Part shown: one piece after another, positions 9,816 to 18,406 of the stretch | How the letters are laid out: the number at the start of each line of letters is the position of its first letter | How positions within the stretch are numbered: position 1 is the stretch's first letter | Source of the DNA: Gemmatimonadota bacterium | GTDB lineage: Bacteria > Gemmatimonadota > Gemmatimonadetes > Gemmatimonadales > Gemmatimonadaceae | Direction: 5' to 3' | NCBI GenBank assembly: GCA_040389905.1 | Contig: JAZJZK010000009.1 | Location: 50,280-114,279 of the forward strand | Length of the DNA: 64,000 bases | Position numbers and translations under genes: made by a program | Notes under the pieces: model-generated | What the model was told of the DNA's origin: nothing | The model's database searches: none | The model's input: only the letters and a program-made list of their open reading frames with translations

Positions 9816-10334
9816 ATGCCAACCGCTTCCAGGGCTTTCCGAACGCTTGTGGTCGTGCTCACGCTTTCCGCGGCGATTGGGTGTCGGGAGACGCCGCCGA
9901 GCATCACGACCGAGCAGCGCGCGGCGATCGCCGACACGTTGAAGAATCTGATCGTGAACGCCTACGATCTGACCACCCCGGGTGACGCGGTGGCTCGCCT
10001 GATGAGCCTCTATCCGACGAGTGGCGCCGTGATCTCCGCGAGTGGCGGCATCGTGAGCACTTCGCGGGATACGCTGGCGGCGGGTCTTCGCGCCTTCTGG
10101 GACAACGTGGGCCGGAACATGCGCGAGCCGAAGTGGACGTGGGGCGACATGCACGTCGATGTCGTCGGACCCGACGCGGCAGTCCTTACGACGACCTACC
10201 GCGTACCACACCTGACGCCCCGAGGCGAACCGCACGTGCTTGCCGGGGCGTGGACTGCCGTGTTCCAGCGTCGCGGCGGGAAGTGGGTGATCATCCAGGA
10301 GCATCTTTCGGACTTGCCGCAGCCGGCGCATTAA
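9816..10334 (+). CDS. NTF2/SnoaL-like (DUF4440-type) lipoprotein
   Basis: Lipobox AIGC. C-terminal WTAVFQRRGGKWVIIQEHLS is typical of the NTF2-like fold. Confidence 0.8.
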   Translation: MPTASRAFRTLVVVLTLSAAIGCRETPPSITTEQRAAIADTLKNLIVNAYDLTTPGDAVARLMSLYPTSGAVISASGGIVSTSRDTLAAGLRAFWDNVGRNMREPKWTWGDMHVDVVGPDAAVLTTTYRVPHLTPRGEPHVLAGAWTAVFQRRGGKWVIIQEHLSDLPQPAH

Positions 10335-10381
10335 GTAGTGTCCGTCCTGAAACGACCATTTCTGGAGCGTATCGCCTCGGA

Positions 10382-10471
10382 TGTCATCCCGAGCGACGTC
10401 GAGGGATCAGCACCTTCAGTCTGGGTTTGACGTGCAGACCCCTCGACTCGCTGCGCTGGCTCGGGGTGACA
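10382..10471. repeat. REP-like palindromic intergenic element (TGTCATCCCGAGC...GCTCGGGGTGACA), copy 1
   Basis: Terminal inverted repeats with inner GAGGGATC / GACCCCTC arms. A related copy lies at 34414-34489. Confidence 0.7.
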
Positions 10472-10515
10472 AAGTCTTCACGTCCAGTTCCACGTTCGCA
10501 CAAGGAGTGACCACG

Positions 10516-11292
10516 ATGAGACGTGTTACGCTGTCGACTCTCTGGCTTGTTGCACTCGTGGCGGGATGCTCATCTGCCCCGGCATCGGTCGCGCAGACGC
10601 CCGCGCCGGCGATGGCGCGGACCGCGCAACAGCTCGCAGCAGACTCCATTGCCCTCGACCGCCTGCGCAATGACTGGGCGGGACTCAGGCGTTACCGCGC
10701 GGCGAATGATGCACTGAAGGCACCGCGCGCAGACGAGAGCCGCGTCGTGTTCTACGGCAATTCGATCACCGATTCCTGGGCGCAGTTCTTTCCCTCGATG
10801 TTTGCCGGCAAGCCCTACGTTGGCCGGGGCATCAGTGGACAGACGACGCCGCAAATGCTCGTCCGCTTTCACCAGGACGTCATCGCGCTTCAGCCGAAGG
10901 TCGTCGTCATTCTCGCCGGCGTCAACGACATCGCCGGCAACACGGGTCCGTCGACGCAGGAGATGATTCAGGACAACCTGATGGCCATGACGGAGCTCGC
11001 GAGGGCGCATCGAATTCGTGTCGTCCTGTCGTCCGTACTTCCGGCCTTCGACTTTCCGTGGAAGCGCGGCGTGGAGCCGGCGCCAAAAATCATCGCACTC
11101 AATGCGTGGCTGAAACGCTATGCCGCCGAGGTGGGCGAGACGTATCTCGACTATCACTCGGTGATGGCCGACGAGCGGGCCGGGCTACCGGTGTCGTTGT
11201 CTCGAGATGGAGTCCACCCGACCGAGGCGGGATATCGGATCATGGCGCCACTCGCGGAGGCGGCCATCGCGAAGGCGTTGGCCCGGCCGTGA
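10516..11292 (+). CDS. SGNH/GDSL hydrolase lipoprotein
   Basis: VFYGNSIT, RGISGQTT, LAGVND and DGVHP blocks. Lipobox VAGC. Confidence 0.93.
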   Translation: MRRVTLSTLWLVALVAGCSSAPASVAQTPAPAMARTAQQLAADSIALDRLRNDWAGLRRYRAANDALKAPRADESRVVFYGNSITDSWAQFFPSMFAGKPYVGRGISGQTTPQMLVRFHQDVIALQPKVVVILAGVNDIAGNTGPSTQEMIQDNLMAMTELARAHRIRVVLSSVLPAFDFPWKRGVEPAPKIIALNAWLKRYAAEVGETYLDYHSVMADERAGLPVSLSRDGVHPTEAGYRIMAPLAEAAIAKALARP

Positions 11293-11588
11293 AGCTCGCC
11301 GATCCGGCACTGCAGGCGGCACGCGGGCTTGCGGAGATCAACGAAACGTTTCGAGCGGAGCTGGCGGAGCACCGCACCCTCGCTGCGGCGCGGCGCAGGA
11401 GGCGTGGCGGAGTGGCGGCGTGGGTGATTCTGGTGGCCGGTTGTTCAATGGCGGGTCTGTGGGCCACGCACAGTCAGCGTGCTGCCGCCATTCGCAGAGA
11501 CCTGATGGACGGGTTCAACCGTTCAGCGGTTGAGGCACCTGCGGATCGCTCCGCTCCGTCTCCGCCGACTCAACCGCTTATTCGCTAG
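11289..11588 (+). CDS. Small single-TM hypothetical protein
   Basis: GTGA overlap with the upstream stop. Arg cluster followed by a hydrophobic helix. Confidence 0.45.
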   Translation: MKLADPALQAARGLAEINETFRAELAEHRTLAAARRRRRGGVAAWVILVAGCSMAGLWATHSQRAAAIRRDLMDGFNRSAVEAPADRSAPSPPTQPLIR

Positions 11589-12381
11589 CCCCGACCCACG
11601 GGTCGCGCGATAGCCAGTTCTCGTCCGGCGCGTAGAGGAACACCATCCCACCCTGGGCGAGCTTCGGGAGCAGTCGCTCTGCGCGTGCTGGTTCCATCGC
11701 GGGGCATCCCTCGCTTCGGCCCGCTTTGCTCGCTGTGACGTAGGGTGCACCGTGCGCGACGACACGTCGTGCGGCGGCGTTGTCATTGAAGCCGCTCGAA
11801 ACGCCCTCGAGCCGCAGTCCCATGGCGCTGTAGGCGCGGCCACCGGTGTGCCCGTGGAACGCATACGTCGCCTGCGCGACGTAGAGACCCAACGACGTCG
11901 CATAGCTGTTCGGCGCGTTCGAGAAGCGCGTCGGAAGGCCGTATTGCGATGTCGAGGATCCGCGTCCGTGCGCCACGGTGAACGGGCCGTCGACGACCGT
12001 GAGGTTTTGCATGTCGAACACGTATCCGCGCGGTTCGGTGCTCGGCAGGCCGTAATCGACGAAATAGAGGTAAGGCTTACGGACGTCAGTCGGGTGTGCT
12101 GATTTGTACGCGAAATACCCGCGGAAACCTGCCTCGAGTGCCTCGGGGCGGCTCAGTTTGCGAACACTTCCGGAGAAGGCGGCCAAAGCCGTCTGCGTAA
12201 CCGATGTAACGGTAGAGGCCGCTCCACTCGCCGTATCTGCCGTGCTCGGTTGACTGACGAACTCGACCGCGGCGTTCAATACGGGGCCATTTGCCTGATT
12301 GCCGGGAACAAACTGTGCACCAGCGAACAGCAGCGCACTCGCGCCGACAAGGACGTTCTGCAAGTACCGGGGAGGTCTCAC
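11578..12381 (-). CDS. Murein L,D-transpeptidase catalytic-domain family protein (YkuD_2)
   Basis: VDYGLPS, VAHGRGS, FSN..SYATSLG, VAHGA.YV and GRSEGCP with the catalytic His and Cys. Confidence 0.9.
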   Translation of the reverse strand: MRPPRYLQNVLVGASALLFAGAQFVPGNQANGPVLNAAVEFVSQPSTADTASGAASTVTSVTQTALAAFSGSVRKLSRPEALEAGFRGYFAYKSAHPTDVRKPYLYFVDYGLPSTEPRGYVFDMQNLTVVDGPFTVAHGRGSSTSQYGLPTRFSNAPNSYATSLGLYVAQATYAFHGHTGGRAYSAMGLRLEGVSSGFNDNAAARRVVAHGAPYVTASKAGRSEGCPAMEPARAERLLPKLAQGGMVFLYAPDENWLSRDPWVGASE

Positions 12382-12546
12382 GGAGTCACTCTCCTGTAGC
12401 GGGCGCCGATGGGCGCAAGGCGGGACGATCCGGAGGGTACAGCCCAGATCGTTGCAACTAACGTAACGCAACCTACGTTACATAATGTAGTCGATTGTTG
12501 ACCCAATGTGAAGCGGTCGGTCAAATCCTCGTCGAAGATTGACGGC

Positions 12547-12594
12547 TTGACAAGGTTATGGAATTTGCGCATGGTTTATCACATACCATGCGCA
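12547..12594 (+). promoter_or_regulatory. TA promoter/operator
   Basis: TTGACA at 12547. Perfect 10-bp inverted repeat TGCGCATGGT-N9-ACCATGCGCA (12566-12594) just before the RBS. Confidence 0.65.
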
Positions 12595-12604
12595 TGAGGA
12601 GACG

Positions 12605-12850
12605 ATGGCGAAGATCCCAAAGAACCTATCGCTCGATGCAGAGGATATCGAAATCGGGTTACAGTACGCTGAGCGGAACGGGGTCAGCCTTTCGAAAGTG
12701 GTGAGCGAGTTTTTACGCTCCCTGCCGAACGGGGAGGACGGTGCGTTGGCATCGCCAGCACTGGAGCGACTGATCGGGTCCGCCAAGAAATCCGGCGCAG
12801 CTGACGATGGACCTTCGTACCACGAGTATCTCGAGCAGAAGTATCGCTGA
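12605..12850 (+). CDS. RHH-type antitoxin (DUF6364-like)
   Basis: KNLSLD...YAERNGVSLSKVVSEFL and C-terminal YHEYLEQKY. Directly upstream of the PIN gene. Confidence 0.85.
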   Translation: MAKIPKNLSLDAEDIEIGLQYAERNGVSLSKVVSEFLRSLPNGEDGALASPALERLIGSAKKSGAADDGPSYHEYLEQKYR

Positions 12851-13285
12851 GTGACTTCCCGCCGAGTGCCGCGCGTGTTGATCGACATCAACGTGCTGAT
12901 CGATGTCGTCGAGGAACGCGTTCCCTGGTACCGCGACTCGGTCGCGCTCCTGGATGCGCTCAGCCGGGGGCGGGGTCAGGGGTTTCTTGCCGGCCACTCG
13001 GTTACGACGCTGTACTACCTCGCGAAGAAATCCAACGGGCACATCGCCGCGTCCACCGTCGTGAGTGACGCATTGGCGCTCGCCACCGTGGTCCCACTCA
13101 CGAACGCCGACTTTCTGCGCGCCCTGTCACTGGGATTCAAGGATTTCGAGGACGCGGTGCAGGTGGCGGCCGCCCTTCAAGCGGGCTGCGACTTCATTGC
13201 AACGCGAAACACCATTGACTTCGCCGGCTCTCCGATTCCGGCCTTGATGCCCGGAGTGATCGCGGCTCGGCTCTCGATGGCCTGA
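12851..13285 (+). CDS. PIN-domain toxin (VapC/PIN_3)
   Basis: VLIDINVLID, DFEDAVQ and IATRN..DF acidic PIN motifs. Confidence 0.92.
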   Translation: MTSRRVPRVLIDINVLIDVVEERVPWYRDSVALLDALSRGRGQGFLAGHSVTTLYYLAKKSNGHIAASTVVSDALALATVVPLTNADFLRALSLGFKDFEDAVQVAAALQAGCDFIATRNTIDFAGSPIPALMPGVIAARLSMA

Positions 13286-13324
13286 GGTTCGCCCGCCAAC
13301 GATTTGCACGGTAGCTTCCGCACC

Positions 13325-15517
13325 ATGCGCTCTTTCCTGACTACGGTCGTTGTTCTCTCCACTGTCGCGAGCACGGTTATGGACGCGCAGGCGAGCCATA
13401 CGCGGATTCGGTTGAGCAAGGGCCTGGTGATCTCGGCATCAGGGCACGTCGCGCCGGGGGTCTACCGGCTCGGCGCCGATACGTCGCTCGCTGCGCAGCT
13501 GATCACGATTTCCGGCAACGACATCGACGTCGACTTCCGGGGCGCTACGCTCGAAGGCACAGCCCCCACCTCCGAACCCGACGAAGCGGCAGGTGTTGCG
13601 ATCCTCGTGAACGGCGGACGCAACGTCACGATTCGCAATGCAACGATTCGCGGCTACAAGATCGCGATTCTCGCGCGTGGCACGCGCAACCTGCGTCTCA
13701 TCGACAACGACTTGCGCTTCAACTGGAAGCCGAGGCTCTACAGCCTCATCGAGCACGAGAGCCTGGCGGATTGGCTCTCGCACCACAAGAACGAAAAGGA
13801 CGAATGGCTCCGCTTTGGCGCGGCGGCGTACCTCACCGACGTGACGGGCGGCGAGATTCGCGGCAATCGCGCGGAGCAGGGCATGGAAGGGCTGATGCTG
13901 ACGCGCTGTGACAGCATTCACATCGTCGGCAACACGATCTCGTTCAACTCCGGCGTTGGGATCGGACTGTACCGGTCGAACGACAATGTGATCATGCACA
14001 ACCGTGTGGATTACAACGTCCGCGGTTACAGCCACGGCTTTTTCAGGCGAGGGCAGGATTCCGCCGATCTCCTGATCTACGAGCAGAGTTCGCGAAACGT
14101 CGTCGCCTACAATTCCATGACGCATGGTGGAGATGGCCTCTTCTTGTGGGCGGGCCAAAGCACCATGGATACCGGGGCAGGTGGTGCGAACGACAATCTC
14201 TTCTATGGGAACGACTTCAGCTTCGCCCCGACGAATGGGATGGAGGCGACGTTCAGCCGCAATACCTTCGCGCGCAATCGCATCGAAGGATCGGATCACG
14301 GGCTCTGGGGCGGATACAGCTTTGGCGCGCGCGTGGTCGAAAACGAGTTCGTGCGGAATCGCATCGGCATCGCCATCGAACATGGGCAGAACAACGAGAT
14401 CGTCGGGAACCGATTCGACCGGGATGGCACCGCGATTCAGCTCTGGGCAAACACGATCGAACCATCCGACTGGCAGTATCCAAGAAAGCGCGATACGCGG
14501 AGCACCGGATATCGAATCGAAGGCAACACGATAGCGGGCGAGCCCGTGGGGATGCGAATTTCGGACACCCGCGACTCACGCATCGTAGCGAATTCCGCTA
14601 CCGGTGTGGATTCGGTCATGGTCTTCAAGGATACGGCGGCCGTGTCCGTCGAGAACGGCCAGCCAACGAGCAGCGCAAGTGTCGCAGACAAGCTCGCCCC
14701 GAACCGCATCCTTGGCGTGCCCTCCGCGCTCGGTGACTCGCTCGCGCTGCGAGACCGCTCGGCCATCATCGTGAACGAGTGGGGGCCGTTCGACTGGAAG
14801 TCACCCATGTTGTGGCCAGTCGACAGCGCGCGCCGGAGTCCGCTCGCATTGCGAGTACTCGGGCCGCCTGGCAAATGGTTCGTGGCGAGGGAACGCGGCG
14901 TCGCACGCGTCTCGCGCAAGAAAGGCGTGGTGGGTGATACGCTCGTCGTCACGCCAGCTCGCGCGGGCGACTGGCAGGTCGATCTCCAGTACAACGGCGC
15001 CGCCACGGTGTCACCACGAGGCGAACAGAAACGCGCCGGCGCGCCCGTCGTGTTTTCATATGCGCACTTCGAAGTGTCGCAGAGCTGGGACGTGCGTTTT
15101 TTCGCCTGGCCGGATAGCGCAGATCCACGAACACAGGCGGATCGCTTTGCCAGTCTGCTTCGAGGCACACCACTCGTCGTGCGTCAGGAGCCCCGGCTCG
15201 ACTACATGTGGTATCGCCCGACGATCAAGGACGTGCCGCAATCGAAATTCGCCATCGCTGCGACGTCGCGAGTGGTGCTGCCTGCGGGAACGTTCACCTT
15301 GCGGACGATCAGTGATGACGCGATTCGTGTATGGGTCGACGGCAAGCTGGCGATTGACAACTGGACGCCGCACGAATCTGCGGTCGACGTCGCTCCGGTT
15401 GGTGGCGGCGTACGTGACATTCGCGTTGAGTACTTCCAGGCGGAGGGATGGACCGAACTGCGGCTCGACATTATCCGTGGTTCGCAGCGCGCCGGTGGTT
15501 CGCCTGGCCCACACTAA
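13325..15517 (+). CDS. Secreted right-handed beta-helix (NosD/pectin-lyase-like) protein with C-terminal PA14 domain
   Basis: Repeated Asn-rich I.GN/N..GI coils. PA14 motifs SDDAIRVWVDGKLAIDNW and IRVEYFQ. Confidence 0.85.
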   Translation: MRSFLTTVVVLSTVASTVMDAQASHTRIRLSKGLVISASGHVAPGVYRLGADTSLAAQLITISGNDIDVDFRGATLEGTAPTSEPDEAAGVAILVNGGRNVTIRNATIRGYKIAILARGTRNLRLIDNDLRFNWKPRLYSLIEHESLADWLSHHKNEKDEWLRFGAAAYLTDVTGGEIRGNRAEQGMEGLMLTRCDSIHIVGNTISFNSGVGIGLYRSNDNVIMHNRVDYNVRGYSHGFFRRGQDSADLLIYEQSSRNVVAYNSMTHGGDGLFLWAGQSTMDTGAGGANDNLFYGNDFSFAPTNGMEATFSRNTFARNRIEGSDHGLWGGYSFGARVVENEFVRNRIGIAIEHGQNNEIVGNRFDRDGTAIQLWANTIEPSDWQYPRKRDTRSTGYRIEGNTIAGEPVGMRISDTRDSRIVANSATGVDSVMVFKDTAAVSVENGQPTSSASVADKLAPNRILGVPSALGDSLALRDRSAIIVNEWGPFDWKSPMLWPVDSARRSPLALRVLGPPGKWFVARERGVARVSRKKGVVGDTLVVTPARAGDWQVDLQYNGAATVSPRGEQKRAGAPVVFSYAHFEVSQSWDVRFFAWPDSADPRTQADRFASLLRGTPLVVRQEPRLDYMWYRPTIKDVPQSKFAIAATSRVVLPAGTFTLRTISDDAIRVWVDGKLAIDNWTPHESAVDVAPVGGGVRDIRVEYFQAEGWTELRLDIIRGSQRAGGSPGPH

Positions 15518-15573
15518 TGAAGACTGGAGTCGGAACCGTCAGTCTTCTCGCGCCACACCATAGGACAAGCCAC

Positions 15574-17007
15574 TTGAAAACGCTCATCACACTTGCCCTC
15601 GCGGCAGTTCCCGCCATGTCGCTCGCCCAGGCGCCGCTCCCGGGTCCCGCGACACTCAGCGCGCACCAGGCCCTCGCGCGCGAGATCTACAAACAACTCA
15701 TCGAGATCAACACCGTCGATTCCGTCGGCTCGGTGACGAAAGCAGTGGAGGCGATGGCGGCGCGCTTTCGTGCGGCCGGGTTTCCCAGTGAGACATCAGG
15801 ATACTGGTCCCTGATGGCAAGCCGACGAAAGGCAACCTCGTTGTGCGCTATCACGGCGATGGACGCGCGAGTGCGCGGAAGCCGGTGTTGTTGCTGGCCC
15901 ACCTCGATGTGGTCGCGGCAAAGCGCGAAGATTGGCCACGCGATCCGTTCGTGCTGCACGAGGAGAACAATTACTTCCTTGGACGTGGGACATCGGACGA
16001 CAAGCCGATGGCGGCAATCTTCGTGGCGAACCTGTTGCGCATGAAAGCGGAGAAGTACGTCCCGGATCGCGACATGATCCTCGCGTTGACGTCGGATGAG
16101 GAGGGCGGGGACGCCAACGGCGCGCAATTCCTCGTGACCACGCACAAGCCGCTCATCGATGCCGCGTACGCGATCAATGAAGGGGGCGGCGGAACCCTCG
16201 ACGGAAATACCCCGGTCTTTCATTCTATCCAGGCGACGGAAAAGGTGTACGTCGACTTCAGTGTGACCGCCGCGAACACCGGCGGACATTCGAGCGTACC
16301 GCGTCCGGATAATGCCATTTATCAGCTGTCGCAGGCATTGCTGAACATCTCGAAGTTCCAGTTTCCCGTCGCGCTCAACGACATCACGCGTGGCTTCTTC
16401 GAGCAGACGGCGAAGGTGGAACCGCGCGCGGAGATCGCTGCGGCCATGCGAGCGATCGTGGCGAATCCCACGGATGCGCGCGCGAATGCAACGCTGTCGA
16501 AGGACGCACGCTACTCATCGATGCTCCGCACCACATGCGTAGCCACTCGGCTGAACGGTGGTCACGCCTACAATGCACTCCCGCAGTCCGCGAGCGCGAA
16601 CGTGAATTGTCGTGTCGCGCCGACGTCGAGTGGCGAGGAAGTTTTCGACTTGCTCACGAAAGCCGTGAACGACACGGGCGTGAAGGTCGCATTCCGGACG
16701 ACGGAACGAAAATTCGGTCGCGCGCCCACGCCGATCGAACCGCAGCTCATGGGCGCCGTCACGACGCTCACGACGAAGATGTGGGGAAACATCCCGGTGA
16801 TTCCGACGATGTCGACTGGGGCAACGGACGGCGCGCACCTTCGCGCCCGAGGGCATCCCGACGTATGGGGTGAGTGGGCTGTTCATGCAGTCCGGTGAAG
16901 GCAATGCCCACGGCCGCGACGAGAAGATGCGCGTCAAGTCATTCTACGACAGTCTCGAGTTTCTCGATCAGCTCGTGCGGCAAGTCACCTCGGCGCCGCG
17001 ACCGTAG
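15574..17007 (+). pseudogene. M20/M25/M40 metallopeptidase split by two frameshifts (pseudogene or sequencing error)
   Basis: AHLDVV, GRGTSDDK, DEEGG, NEGG, GGHSS, GATDG and HGRDE are spread over three segments, with frame breaks near 15792 and 16848. Confidence 0.85.
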
Positions 17008-17021
17008 CGAAGAAAAACCCC

Positions 17022-17252
17022 AACTGCAACTGCCAAGGAGCGGATTGTACGGATTCCACGGATAACAGCCGGATCAAGCAAAAGGGCTGGCCTCGGAGAA
17101 CGCGAGGCCAGCCCTTCGGCATTCAGAATCAATACAGTCTTTGAGGGTGCTAAGTCAGTCTCGTGGTGCGAGCCTCCGAGTACGGTGGCCGAGAGAATCC
17201 GTCAAAATCCGTCGCATCCGTCAAATCCGCTCCTCGAGCAGTTCACGCAGTT
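17022..17252. repeat. ~230-bp palindromic MITE/REP-like element, copy 1
   Basis: Left arm AACTGC..GGAGCGGAT(N..CGGAT)x3 is mirrored by right arm (ATCCG)x4..CTCC..GCAGTT. Internal hairpin at 17082-17116. Second copy at 42325-42553. Confidence 0.85.
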
Positions 17253-17264
17253 CAAAGGACCACT

Positions 17265-18335
17265 CTACCTTGGCGCCACGAGCACATCCGAAGCAATCAA
17301 CAGACGGAACTCTGCCCGGCGGTTCGTGGCTTCGGCGCTCTCGGAGGTGCCCGATGCAATCGGATTCCGTTCGCCAACAGTAGAGACTTCGATCCGTACC
17401 GGATCGATGCCCTGCTCGACGAGATACGCCTTGGCCGCCGATGAGCGTCGCCCGCCCAGCCCCATGTTGTAGGCGTCGGAGGAGCGAGCGTCGGCGTTGC
17501 CAACGATCACGATCCGCATGGCGGGATTTGCGCGAAAGATCTTCACCTTGGCGTCGAGAATCGCCCGGGACTCAGCGGACAGCTCCGACTTGTCGCTCGC
17601 GAAATGGATCTTCTCTTCCATCGTGGCCAGTGCTGCGGCCGATGACGCCGGCGCGGCCGGTCTGGATGGCAGGCGACTCAGGGAATCGCGGAGCATCCTG
17701 TAATCCTGCTCGACTCTCCGGCGACGCGCCTGTTCGCCAGCACTCACCGAATCAGATCGCTGTGTCGTTGCCGATGCGACCGGAACGTCAACGGTGCGCA
17801 ACACCTCGACTGTGCGCACGACGCGGTTCGGTTGGCGGAAGAAGCTCAGGCCCAGGTGCAGGCGCTGAAACGACTTCCAATCGTTGTTCGCGAGCCAGTC
17901 GGAGATGGCATCCACACGAAACGACACCTGATCGGAAAGCGCGAGCTTCGCGCCCACGAGCGCGTTCACGCCATAGCTGTGGAGGAAGTTGGTCTCGGTG
18001 CTCGCACCCGCTCCCGCGCCCACGTGCATCGAAAAGGCGCCACTCTGGATCGGCGTCACCACGAGATGACTCGCGAGAATGCCAACGTTCACATCTTTCA
18101 GTCCGAGCGTGCGCCCCGCGCGCATCTCCCCCTTTTCGAACTCGAGCGCGATGCGCGGATCGAGAAACACGCCGACTCGTCCGCCACCACCGATACCCTT
18201 GTCGAGTGTGAGGTCCTTATCGAACCTGCCCGCGCTGCCGAACGCGCCGAATTCCACCGTGCCGCGTTCCTGCGCTGCGGCCTGCGCCGCCCACAACAGC
18301 GCTGCCGCGCCGAGAATCTTTGCTGCATGTGACAT
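17265..18335 (-). CDS. OmpA-family protein (beta-barrel plus peptidoglycan-binding domain)
   Basis: Signal peptide and amphipathic strands. C-terminal IHFASDKSEL, GNAD..S..YN..LG.RR and NRRAE. Confidence 0.92.
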   Translation of the reverse strand: MSHAAKILGAAALLWAAQAAAQERGTVEFGAFGSAGRFDKDLTLDKGIGGGGRVGVFLDPRIALEFEKGEMRAGRTLGLKDVNVGILASHLVVTPIQSGAFSMHVGAGAGASTETNFLHSYGVNALVGAKLALSDQVSFRVDAISDWLANNDWKSFQRLHLGLSFFRQPNRVVRTVEVLRTVDVPVASATTQRSDSVSAGEQARRRRVEQDYRMLRDSLSRLPSRPAAPASSAAALATMEEKIHFASDKSELSAESRAILDAKVKIFRANPAMRIVIVGNADARSSDAYNMGLGGRRSSAAKAYLVEQGIDPVRIEVSTVGERNPIASGTSESAEATNRRAEFRLLIASDVLVAPR

Positions 18336-18406
18336 TTGAATTTCCAATTTGAAAGGCCTGTGAATCATCGGGACCGGACGGCTGTCCGGCCCCGGTGAGT
18401 CACCTA

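Noticed and set aside
15781..16860. Programmed ribosomal frameshifting in the M20 peptidase
   Set aside because: There is no slippery heptamer or evident stimulatory structure, and homopolymer indels explain both breaks more simply.
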